Assembly: GCF_000010065.1 (NCBI RefSeq)
Contig: NC_006576.1
Span: forward strand, 1,830,001-1,862,000
DNA from: Synechococcus elongatus PCC 6301
GTDB lineage: Bacteria; Cyanobacteriota; Cyanobacteriia; Synechococcales; Synechococcaceae
Length of the DNA: 32,000 nucleotides
Direction of reading: 5' to 3'
In this document: in pieces, positions 19,435 through 27,908 of the stretch
How positions within the stretch are numbered: the first letter of the stretch is position 1
How the letters are laid out: each line of letters starts with the position of its first letter
The notes under the pieces: generated by a model
What the model was told of the DNA's origin: nothing
Database searches by the model: none
What the model saw: only the letters and a program-made list of their open reading frames with translations
Program-made: the position numbers and the translations under genes

Positions 19435-21180
19435 GCTTTTAAAAATAGCTAAATCGCAACTATTTTATGATACTTTTTCCTCTTCAGGATTGACAGATAT
19501 ATACAATAGTCTCGAAGCAATTTAATTGTGATTGTCTAATTCCTTTTCAATAGCATCAATCAAATAATCAAAATTGTTATTGACATGTTTAAGATACTCT
19601 TCAATCGCTGAAGTCTGAATTACACTCTCATCTGAAGCAATTTCAGAAGCAATACACTTAGCATAGTAATGATGATCAGAAACGTTCTTATATTGAAAAA
19701 ACCATTCAACATCTAAATCATACTTTGACTTAAAAAAGGCCTTAACCGCAGAATGCTCAAAAACCTCTTTTTCCGGAGGCTTATTACCTGGAAAGGAATA
19801 TAAGCCTTCTTTCTCTGAAGGCCCAATATCTGCATCTCTAACAGCAATTGCTTTCTTTCCTGTTTTTTTAAGAATACGTACAGCTTCGCGAACTGCATCT
19901 GTGCTTCCAATAGCATGAATTTCTACTATTTTGAGCAGAGCTTTTCGTTTCATGCGTATAACTTCTATCAATAAAACCTTTGCAAAATTATCTTCGACAC
20001 ATATATCCAGTGATCGCACGTGACCAGAAGACAAGATAGATCGTAATTGACCTGAGGAAATCTTGTTTCTAATATCAACGCCACCCTCATCTCTGATCAT
20101 CAATTTTCTCGACTCAGGAGGTAGAGCATTAACAATCACACTAGAATGAGTTGAAAGTATTATTTGATGATGTCGCCTATTACATACGTCCAGAAGATAC
20201 TTTGCAAATTCATGCTGAGCGCTTTCATGAAGTGAGGTTTCTGGCTCTTCAAGGATAAAAAGACTTTGCTCTGGCGAACTCTCAAGCTTATCTATAGTAT
20301 ATAGAATACGTCCTTCGCCCAAACCCATATTATTTTCTGAGTAAGAATATCCAAGTCTGTAAGCTATACCTACTTCTGACTCTTTACCGTTGTGGGATAC
20401 TCCTTGGAATGCTACATTTTCATATTTATGACCTATGATTCTGGCCATTTTTTTTACAACTTCTGCTTCAATATCTCGTTTTTCAGTAAATTGAAGATTG
20501 ACGCCTGCATAAACACTTAAATCTCTACGTTCTACTTTTGGCAAATAAACGGTAAATCCGATATAGTAACAATACCTTTCAGGCTGTCTTTTATAGCCCG
20601 ACCAAGATGATTTTACTCGGGATACTGTAACTTCCTTAGGCTTTTGGTAATCGTCAGTCTCGTAGAAATAAACTACTTTTGCACTGTCAGATATTGGTTT
20701 TGGATCAGCTGGAGAAACTGGAAAAAAATCCTTAATATAAAGCCTTTTGTAGGTCATAGATTTATCTGGCTTCTTATATGCACAAATTGCTAGTTGACCA
20801 ACAGTACTCTTCCCCGATCCATTAAGCCCAGAAATAGCAGTTATGGGGAATTCAAGTTCAAGATCAGCCGACTGAACTCCTCGAAAGCCCTCAATATGTA
20901 CCTTTCTAAGGCAAGGCCCAAAGTTCTTGTGGCGATTTTTGGAATTGTATTTATTCCTTAATTCTTTAGTTTTGTCACTCATCTTGAAAGCTTGACTAAG
21001 TTAGTGGTTTTTTCAACAATTTTTACAGCTTAAATAATCTTGCTATCAGGTTATGCCTTAGTCTGCTTGGCAGCCTCATATTTGTAGCCAGTTATAGAAA
21101 AGACAGTTTTCAAATTTTAGCATTCTAGACTCTTTTTTGTGAAGCTCCTCTTAAGAAGAAAGTTGGTATATCAATTTCTT
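19435..21180. other. AT-rich, HIP1-free patch B: single-gene insertion
   Basis: GC falls to roughly the upper 30s% by eye. There is no GCGATCGC between about 19197 and 21343. The right edge abuts the SDR stop codon (21179-21181). The left edge lies about 80 nt upstream of gltX. Confidence 0.65.
19522..20982 (-). CDS. ABC/SMC-type ATPase fused to a Toprim-like C-terminal module (OLD-family-like nuclease candidate)
   Basis: 486-aa ORF. It has Walker A GLNGSGKST (aa 52-60), a signature-like MGLGEGR (aa 219-225), Walker B plus catalytic Glu LFILEEPE (aa 241-248) and an H-loop ILSTHS (aa 275-280). The C-terminus then has DICVEDNFAKVLL (Glu330) and IAVRDADIG (Asp383/Asp385), which resemble the Toprim E...DxD signature. 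Confidence 0.75.
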   Translation of the reverse strand: MSDKTKELRNKYNSKNRHKNFGPCLRKVHIEGFRGVQSADLELEFPITAISGLNGSGKSTVGQLAICAYKKPDKSMTYKRLYIKDFFPVSPADPKPISDSAKVVYFYETDDYQKPKEVTVSRVKSSWSGYKRQPERYCYYIGFTVYLPKVERRDLSVYAGVNLQFTEKRDIEAEVVKKMARIIGHKYENVAFQGVSHNGKESEVGIAYRLGYSYSENNMGLGEGRILYTIDKLESSPEQSLFILEEPETSLHESAQHEFAKYLLDVCNRRHHQIILSTHSSVIVNALPPESRKLMIRDEGGVDIRNKISSGQLRSILSSGHVRSLDICVEDNFAKVLLIEVIRMKRKALLKIVEIHAIGSTDAVREAVRILKKTGKKAIAVRDADIGPSEKEGLYSFPGNKPPEKEVFEHSAVKAFFKSKYDLDVEWFFQYKNVSDHHYYAKCIASEIASDESVIQTSAIEEYLKHVNNNFDYLIDAIEKELDNHN

Positions 21181-21836
21181 AGATACGGGTTGCTCGCGCT
21201 AAAGAAAGAACACAGTCAAGAATCGCTAGAAGATCACTCAGGGGAATCGCCTCACCACCTGTCAGATTAGCTGCTGCGAGATCCGCTAACACTTCTGGGG
21301 TACCCACATTTCCCGGATTAATCACCGTGACCCCAATCTGCTGCGATCGCAATTCTTCCCGTAAGGCGTGAACAACTCCCCGCAGCCCAAACTTCGACGC
21401 ACTGTTAGCAACCTCTCTTGCAGGAAAATTATCTCGACCCGAGAGAGCGCCCATAAAAACGATTTTGGGATTATGCGATCGCCGCAGTGCAGGCAGTAAG
21501 ACTTTCACCAAGCGAATCGGCGCAACAAGATTGACCGCAATTACCCGCGCAATATCCTCATCCGAACAGCTTTCAAAGTCATATTGCGGTGTAAAAGCAT
21601 GGGTTTCCCAAGTTCCGCCCATGTACAGCAGTGCATCGAGGCAATCCTCCCCGATCGCTCGAGCTACCGTTTCAACTCCGGCCAACTCCGATAAATCCGC
21701 TTGAATCCATTCCCCCAACTGGAGCCGCTGTCCGCGACACCGCCACAAGGCGATCGCACTGGTTAATAAAATGTTCTGCAACAGCAAGACCAATGCCACG
21801 ACTGGCTCCGGCCACGAGAACTGTCTTAAAAGACAT
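21179..21836 (-). pseudogene. Short-chain dehydrogenase/reductase gene with a +1-nt frameshift at a C5 run (21712-21716)
   Basis: The ATG at 21836 opens MSFKTVLVAGASRGIGLAVAEHFINQCDRLVAVSRTAAPVG, a canonical SDR TGxxxGIG Rossmann start. That frame stops after about 57 codons. The rest of the SDR (GEWIQADLSE...VAPIRLVKVLLPAL...INPGNVGTPE) continues in the frame of the 21179..21898 ORF. The span is 658 nt. Removing one G from the GGGGG run restores a 218-aa ORF. Confidence 0.75.
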
Positions 21837-21904
21837 GGCTGAATGCCCGCCGACTCAGGATTGCAAACCAATCTTGACACCAACACCTTGAAGGTCAATC
21901 AGGA

Positions 21905-24900
21905 TCAACCAGTGCCGTAGCCGCCACCACCGGGCGTAAGGATTTCAAGGCGATCGCCCGCTGAGAGGGTTACTTCCACGGTGCTTGGCAGAATTTCTTG
22001 GCTGCCATCAGCCCGAATCAAGCGATTTTCACCCGTTTGGCCAGCGCCTCCCCCCGCTAAACCAAAAGGCGCGACTTGGCGACGACTGCTGAGAATCGTG
22101 GCAGTCATCGGCTCCAAGAACTGCAGACGACGAGTTGCGCCATCGCCACCGGCATAGTGACCCGCGCCACCACTACCGCGCCGAATCGAAAACTCCTCCA
22201 GCAGCACTGGAAAACGCGACTCCAGCACCTCGGGATCGGTGAGGCGAGAGTTGGTCATGTGGGTTTGTACTACCGACGCACCTGCCCCTTCTTTGCCTGC
22301 CCCCGCACCGCCCGCGATCGTCTCGTAATACTGATAGCGATCGCTGCCAAAACTGAAGTTATTCATCGTGCCTTGGCTAGCAGCCAGCACCCCCAACGCG
22401 CCCCACAGCGCATCCGCGATCGCCTGCGAGGTTTCAACATTACCGGCAACCACGGCAGCCGGAGCTTGCGGATTGAGCAGACTGCGATCGGGGATCTGAA
22501 TCGTCAGGGGTCGCAGACAACCGGCATTAAGCGGAATCGGATGATCGACAAGACAGCGAAAAACGTAGAGCACGACGGCACGGGCGATCGCTGCTGGGGC
22601 ATTGAAATTATTCGGTTGCTGAGGTGAGGTGCCCGTGAGATCGAGTTGGGCTTCGCCGCGATCGCGATCGAGCGTCACGGTGACTTGAATCTGGCAACCA
22701 TCATCGAGGGGGCAAACACAGGTCGCTTGACCCGGATGTTCCGCCGCCAGTTGACGGATGGCTTGACGCACCGCTTGCTCAGCGTTGTCTTGCACATGCT
22801 GCATATAGGCCAAAACAGTAGGCAGCGTGAACTGCTCAACGGCTTGGATTAGGAGTTGTTGACCCGTGGCATTGGCAGCAATTTGCGCCTGAAGATCCGC
22901 CAAATTCTGGTCAGGATTCCGCGCCGGATAGGGCGACTGGCTGAGGCGATCGCGAATGGTCGTTTCGCGAAATTGCCCTTGCCGCACTAACAGCAAGCCA
23001 TCGAACAAAATGCCTTCCTGATCGATCGATTGACTCTGTGCCGGCATTGATCCCGGCGTCAAACCACCGATATCGGCATGGTGCCCGCGACTGGCGACAA
23101 AAAACTGGGGCTTAGTCTGACCCGCTAGAAAAACCGGCGTAATCACCGTGATATCCGGTAGGTGAGTGCCGCCCGCGTAGGGATTATTGAGGGCATAGAC
23201 ATCGCCAGGCTGAAGATCAGTGCCGACGCGATCGATCAAACTGCGGACGCTATCGCCCATCGAGCCGAGATGCACCGGAATGTGGGGCGCATTGGCAATC
23301 AGTTCGCCTGCTGCGTTGAAAAGTGCGCAGGAAAAGTCGAGGCGTTCCTTGATGTTGACGGAGCTAGCGGTGCTTTGTAGGGTCACACCCATTTGCTCGG
23401 CGATCGCCTGAAACAGATTGTTGAAAATCTCCAGCAGTGCTGGATCGACAGGAGCGGTTGCGGCGGCTGACCAATCGCGCTGCGGCAGTTCCACCGCCTC
23501 CAATAGCAGATCACCAAAGGAATTGAGGCTGGCAGCCCATCCGTGTTCGATCACGTTGGTGCCGGTTGGCTCCAGAATCAGCGCTGGCCCCAGAATGCGA
23601 TCGCCCGTTTGCAACGTCTGCCGGTCATACACTGGCGTGTCGTGCCAGCGATCGCCGCTGAACATGGGCACCGTGGCTTTGATCGGCGGTAGTCCCGATC
23701 GCGTCGGCTGAGACTCGGGTAATGCCGCCGCTGGCATTCGTCCGATCGCTTCTCCTTGCAGGGCGGCAATCACCAAAGGGCGATCGGGTTGCACAAAGCC
23801 GTAGCGTTGCTGATAGGCCTGCTCAAACAGAGCGGTAATTGCTGCGGCATCCTCCGCCCAAGACACCAGTAGCGCCGAATCCGTGCCCTGATAGCGCAAC
23901 TGCAGCGATCGCAGCAGAGTCACTTCCGTCAGATCCGCATCGCCATCTGCCTTGAGTTGCTCCAGAGCGCGTTGACTGAGGGCGATCGCCTGATTCTCCA
24001 GGGTGGCTAAGGTTTCCTCACTCAAAATTTGCTCGATGCTCACCTGCTGCAAGGCTCGGCGATCGGCCAAGCCCATGCCGTAGGCGGAGAGGACGCCCGC
24101 AAAGGGATGGATCAGAATCCGCCGCAGTCCCAACAATTCCGCCAAGCGGCAAGCGTGCTGACCTCCGGCTGCCCCAAAGCAGCAGAGCCAGTAATCGCTA
24201 AGATCGCGCCCGCGCTGCCACGACACTTTTTTGATGGCGTTGGCCATGTTGTCGAGAGCGATCGCCAGAAACTGCTCAGCCAACTGTTCAGGCTGGTAGG
24301 AGCGGCCTGTCTGCTGGGCGATCGTGGTGGCCAACTCCTGAAACGCCAGATTGACAGCTTCTGCATCCAAGGAGCGATCGCCAGTTGCACCAAAAACGGC
24401 TGGGAAAAATTGCGGCTGTAGTTTTCCGACTTGGATGTTGGCATCAGTGATGGTTAACGGCCCACCCTGTCCGTAGCCCTTCGGACCGGGATGCGCCCCT
24501 GCTGACTCTGGCCCCACCTGCAAGCGACCATCTTGAAAACGCAAAATCGAGCCGCCGCCCGCCGCCACGGTGTGAATATCCAGTAGCGGCACCTGAAGAC
24601 GGACGCCGGCAATTTCAGTCTGATAAACCCGCTCCAGTTCACCCGCGTAGTGGGCCACATCCGTGGAGGTGCCGCCCATGTCAAAGCTGATCAGGCGATC
24701 GCAACCAGCTCGCTGACTGACCGCGATCGCGCCGACCATACCGCCCGCTGGCCCTGAGAGAATGCTGTCTTTGCCACTGAAGGCAGAAGCTGTGGCTAGC
24801 CCACCGTTCGACTGCATGAATAGCAGTTGTGGCCCTTGCCCATTTGGACATAGCGCCTGACCAATGCGACCGACATAGCGACGCAGCACCGGCGAAAGAT

Positions 24901-25561
24901 AGGCATCGGCTACAGTCGTATCACCCCGCGCAATCAACCGCTGCAGGGGGCTGACTTGGTGCGAGACGGAAATTTGTGTAAACCCCAATTCTGTCGCGAT
25001 CGCAGCCAGTTGTTGTTCGTGCTGGGGATAGCGGTAGCCATGCATCAAGGCGATCGCGCAGGCGGTGCAGCCTTGGTCTTTTGCCTGTTGGAGTTGCTGA
25101 CGGATGATCTCCAGCTCCGTCAACGGTTGCAGAATCTCACCGCTGGCACTGACCCGCTCCGACACTTCAATCACGCGATCGTAGAGTGGCTCCGGTTGCT
25201 GGATGATCCGCGCAAAAATGTTGGGCCGATTCTGGTAGCCAATTCGCAGCGCATCGCCAAAACCCTGGGTGATCAGCAGCACGGTGCGATCGCCCTTCCG
25301 TTCCAGCAGCGCATTGGTGGCGACGGTCGTGCCCATCTTGACTGCGGCGATCGCCTCGATGGGAAGTGGATCTTCAGCCTGCAATCCCAAACAATCCCGA
25401 ATGCCTTGCAGCACGGCATCCTCGTAGCGATCGGGGTTCTCAGACAGCAGTTTGTGCGCCGTTAACCTGCCATCAGGATGCTGGGCCACAATGTCAGTGA
25501 AGGTGCCGCCGCGATCGATCCAAAACTGCCATTGACTGCCATTGGCGACCGGAGCGGGCAT
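21905..25561 (-). CDS. 5-oxoprolinase (ATP-hydrolysing), fused hydantoinase A/B (HyuA-HyuB) type
   Basis: Start trimmed to the ATG at 25561 ([26 protein letters not shown]), giving 1218 aa. It has the N-terminal hydantoinase_A motifs ([18 protein letters not shown]) and a C-terminal hydantoinase_B region ([20 protein letters not shown]). Confidence 0.9.
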   Translation of the reverse strand: MPAPVANGSQWQFWIDRGGTFTDIVAQHPDGRLTAHKLLSENPDRYEDAVLQGIRDCLGLQAEDPLPIEAIAAVKMGTTVATNALLERKGDRTVLLITQGFGDALRIGYQNRPNIFARIIQQPEPLYDRVIEVSERVSASGEILQPLTELEIIRQQLQQAKDQGCTACAIALMHGYRYPQHEQQLAAIATELGFTQISVSHQVSPLQRLIARGDTTVADAYLSPVLRRYVGRIGQALCPNGQGPQLLFMQSNGGLATASAFSGKDSILSGPAGGMVGAIAVSQRAGCDRLISFDMGGTSTDVAHYAGELERVYQTEIAGVRLQVPLLDIHTVAAGGGSILRFQDGRLQVGPESAGAHPGPKGYGQGGPLTITDANIQVGKLQPQFFPAVFGATGDRSLDAEAVNLAFQELATTIAQQTGRSYQPEQLAEQFLAIALDNMANAIKKVSWQRGRDLSDYWLCCFGAAGGQHACRLAELLGLRRILIHPFAGVLSAYGMGLADRRALQQVSIEQILSEETLATLENQAIALSQRALEQLKADGDADLTEVTLLRSLQLRYQGTDSALLVSWAEDAAAITALFEQAYQQRYGFVQPDRPLVIAALQGEAIGRMPAAALPESQPTRSGLPPIKATVPMFSGDRWHDTPVYDRQTLQTGDRILGPALILEPTGTNVIEHGWAASLNSFGDLLLEAVELPQRDWSAAATAPVDPALLEIFNNLFQAIAEQMGVTLQSTASSVNIKERLDFSCALFNAAGELIANAPHIPVHLGSMGDSVRSLIDRVGTDLQPGDVYALNNPYAGGTHLPDITVITPVFLAGQTKPQFFVASRGHHADIGGLTPGSMPAQSQSIDQEGILFDGLLLVRQGQFRETTIRDRLSQSPYPARNPDQNLADLQAQIAANATGQQLLIQAVEQFTLPTVLAYMQHVQDNAEQAVRQAIRQLAAEHPGQATCVCPLDDGCQIQVTVTLDRDRGEAQLDLTGTSPQQPNNFNAPAAIARAVVLYVFRCLVDHPIPLNAGCLRPLTIQIPDRSLLNPQAPAAVVAGNVETSQAIADALWGALGVLAASQGTMNNFSFGSDRYQYYETIAGGAGAGKEGAGASVVQTHMTNSRLTDPEVLESRFPVLLEEFSIRRGSGGAGHYAGGDGATRRLQFLEPMTATILSSRRQVAPFGLAGGGAGQTGENRLIRADGSQEILPSTVEVTLSAGDRLEILTPGGGGYGTG

Positions 25562-26426
25562 AGTGAAGGAGAGACTGAAGACGAGCCTCTCCATTGTTGA
25601 GGATGCTGAGCTTGGCTCGCCACCTTTGGTTCTGCCCCGCCGTCCTGCCGTGAAGCGAGTGACCGATCCCAGCCGAGTCGAAGCCCTGCTGGCCGAATTG
25701 CGGCAGGAATTTGACCGCCTCCGCCAAGAACAGGAGCGCGGTCGCGATTTGCGATCGCTGTTGCGGGCAGTCTCAGTCGACGATCTGGCGCAGACGCTCT
25801 ATCAGTCGCTTGATCCGCAGCAACTAAAGCGACTGCAGCGCCGACTCGAAAGCTATCAATGTCAAGAAGAGGGATGGGACGAGCTAGAGCGAGACATTGA
25901 AAAGTTAGTGCCGCTGCCTTGGACGCTGATTCGGCAGTTCATTTTGGGGCTGGCTCAGCAAAAGTTTTCGATGGTGCATACACCCGAGGAGCTAGCAGCT
26001 TGCTTGGCCGATGAGTATGCAGTACGGCTTGATTTGCGCCAAAAGACCGATTGGTTTCGGGCTTGGGCACTCCTTCGCTACGGCCTCAGTGCGGGTACGG
26101 CGCTGAACAATCCGCCCCACAGCATCCACCAGTTTGTCGAGCAGGCGATGCAGTTTGGGGCGCAGCAACGGCGATCGCGATCGCAGCAAACCCAACAGCA
26201 GTATCAACCTCCTCGCGATCGCCAAGCTGCTAAGCAGCCCTCATCCAACGCTGAGATTCCAGCGGCAGCCACGGTTCTAGGCTTGCCTTGGCCGACTACC
26301 CTGCAAGAACTAAAAGCCTCCTATCGCCGCCTAGCCAAAGCAAATCACCCGGATCTGGGAGGTGATCCCGATCGCTTCCAACAAATTCAGTTGGCCTACG
26401 AAGAACTGCGATCGGTAATGCAGTAG
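25542..26426 (+). CDS. C-terminal J-domain (DnaJ-like) protein
   Basis: The ORF ends with [44 protein letters not shown], which includes the HPD tripeptide. There is no in-frame ATG near the 5' end. Candidate starts are TTG 25542 (overlapping the divergent oxoprolinase start), GTG 25650 and GTG 25659. The start is uncertain. Confidence 0.65.
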   Translation: MATGAGIVKERLKTSLSIVEDAELGSPPLVLPRRPAVKRVTDPSRVEALLAELRQEFDRLRQEQERGRDLRSLLRAVSVDDLAQTLYQSLDPQQLKRLQRRLESYQCQEEGWDELERDIEKLVPLPWTLIRQFILGLAQQKFSMVHTPEELAACLADEYAVRLDLRQKTDWFRAWALLRYGLSAGTALNNPPHSIHQFVEQAMQFGAQQRRSRSQQTQQQYQPPRDRQAAKQPSSNAEIPAAATVLGLPWPTTLQELKASYRRLAKANHPDLGGDPDRFQQIQLAYEELRSVMQ

Positions 26427-26695
26427 GGCCGACGAGATATTGAGACAAGCCAGCTGATTGGCTTCATCAGTGGATTGAGAACTGTTGGCAAAAGTAAAAA
26501 TTTAAGTGTTCAAAATCGTCTGAAATTGCTCGGTAGCGGCTGCAAGGCTTGATCAGCGTAAATCGAACAAATTTTTTATGGCAGTGAAAATTTGCAAAAA
26601 GAATTGGAGTTCCAAAATTCCTCAGTTACTTTCTGCTTAAGGCAGGTCGGCAGAACTTTCCTGTAAACCCGCTTGACTGAACTCACTTACTGACG

Positions 26696-27865
26696 ATGCA
26701 AAAAAAGTCTAAGTTTTTTCTGGGTTTGTTAGGCGTCATCACCTGTTTTGTCCTGATAGGTAGTTTCTGTTTGCCCTCATTGGCACAAACACAAACTTGG
26801 CGATCGCTTTCCAATGTTGTCTGGGGAAAAGACCTCCCTGCCTTTAGCTACCCATTCAGCAAGACGCCACTTGTGGACTACGACGGTGGCGTGACTAAAC
26901 AAGTGGGAACCTATAACTTTCCTGTTAGCAAAGGAATGGCTGGGGTCTACATGACTCTGAAGCCTGGAGCGATCCGAGAATTACATTGGCATGCCAATGC
27001 TGCAGAGTGGGCCTACGTCATTGAAGGACGAACACGAGTCACACTGACAAATCCAGACGGACAAGTTCAGATCGCCGATGTTGATCAAGGGGGGCTCTGG
27101 TATTTTCCCCGCGGCTGGGGTCATAGTATCGAGGGAATAGGCCCTGGTACTGCCAAGTTTCTGTTGGTTTTTAACGACGGCACTTTCTCAGAAGGAGCGA
27201 CTTTCAGCATCACAGACTGGCTCTCCCACACACCGATTTCTTGGGTTCAGCAAAACTTTGGCTGGAGTCAAGATGAAGTTGAAAAACTTCCCAAAAAACA
27301 AGTTTATATCTCTCGCTATAACCCAGAGGTTAAGCCACTGGATAAAACACAATCTAGAAACCCTAAAGTTTCTAGGATCGTTCTCCCTTATACCCATAAT
27401 CTTTTGGCTGAAAAGCCACGCACAAGTCAGGCTGGTAATACACTCAAGCTGGCAAGTGCTAAAGAGTTTCCTGCGAGCTTCAACATGGCAGGAGCTCTAT
27501 TGCGATTAGAGCCCGGTGCAATGCGCCAATTGCACTGGCATCCGAATGCCGATGAATGGCAATACGTCCTCAATGGATCGATGGATCTAGCCGTTTTTGC
27601 CTCTGAAGGAAAAGCGAGTATGAGCCGTCTACAGAAGGGTGATGTCGGCTACGTTCCTAAAGGCTATGGGCACGCGCTGCGCAATAGCTCTGATCAACCG
27701 CTAGATGTTCTCATTGTCTTTAATGATGGCGACTATCAAAGTATTGATCTCAACGACTGGATTATGAGTAATCCCAATACTGTGCTGGATGATGTCTTTC
27801 AGCTTTCTCCGCAGTTGTTAGATAAGCTGCCTAAAGAAAGTGAGATTCTGATTCCTCGTAGCTAA
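26696..27865 (+). CDS. Exported Mn-bicupin of the oxalate decarboxylase family (OxdC/MncA-like)
   Basis: 389-aa ORF with an N-terminal signal peptide (MQKKSKFFLGLLGVITCFVLIGSFCLPSLA). It has two cupin metal motifs, LHWHANAAEWAYVIEG and LHWHPNADEWQYVLNG. It is collinear, as far as I recall, with B. subtilis OxdC, including FLLVFNDGTFSEGATFSITDW against the OxdC lid region FLLVFDDGSFSENSTFQLTDW. Confidence 0.9.
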   Translation: MQKKSKFFLGLLGVITCFVLIGSFCLPSLAQTQTWRSLSNVVWGKDLPAFSYPFSKTPLVDYDGGVTKQVGTYNFPVSKGMAGVYMTLKPGAIRELHWHANAAEWAYVIEGRTRVTLTNPDGQVQIADVDQGGLWYFPRGWGHSIEGIGPGTAKFLLVFNDGTFSEGATFSITDWLSHTPISWVQQNFGWSQDEVEKLPKKQVYISRYNPEVKPLDKTQSRNPKVSRIVLPYTHNLLAEKPRTSQAGNTLKLASAKEFPASFNMAGALLRLEPGAMRQLHWHPNADEWQYVLNGSMDLAVFASEGKASMSRLQKGDVGYVPKGYGHALRNSSDQPLDVLIVFNDGDYQSIDLNDWIMSNPNTVLDDVFQLSPQLLDKLPKESEILIPRS

Positions 27866-27908
27866 GTGATTGAGCAGGTTGAATGAAGCATTGAACCCAA
27901 AGATCAAA

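Noticed and set aside
19355-21180. Search for an integrase, a transposase, terminal inverted repeats or target-site duplications around patch B
   Set aside because: I could not recognise any by eye. The only ORF of 60 aa or more apart from the ATPase (19713..19916) is nested in it in another frame. The patch is therefore reported as an island of unknown mobility, not as a mobile element.
21837-21898. N-terminal extension of the 239-aa ORF (MTFKVLVSRLVCNPESAGIQ...)
   Set aside because: The canonical SDR N-terminus (MSFKTVLVAGASRGIGLA) is encoded in another frame starting at 21836. The long ORF is an artefact of the frameshift.
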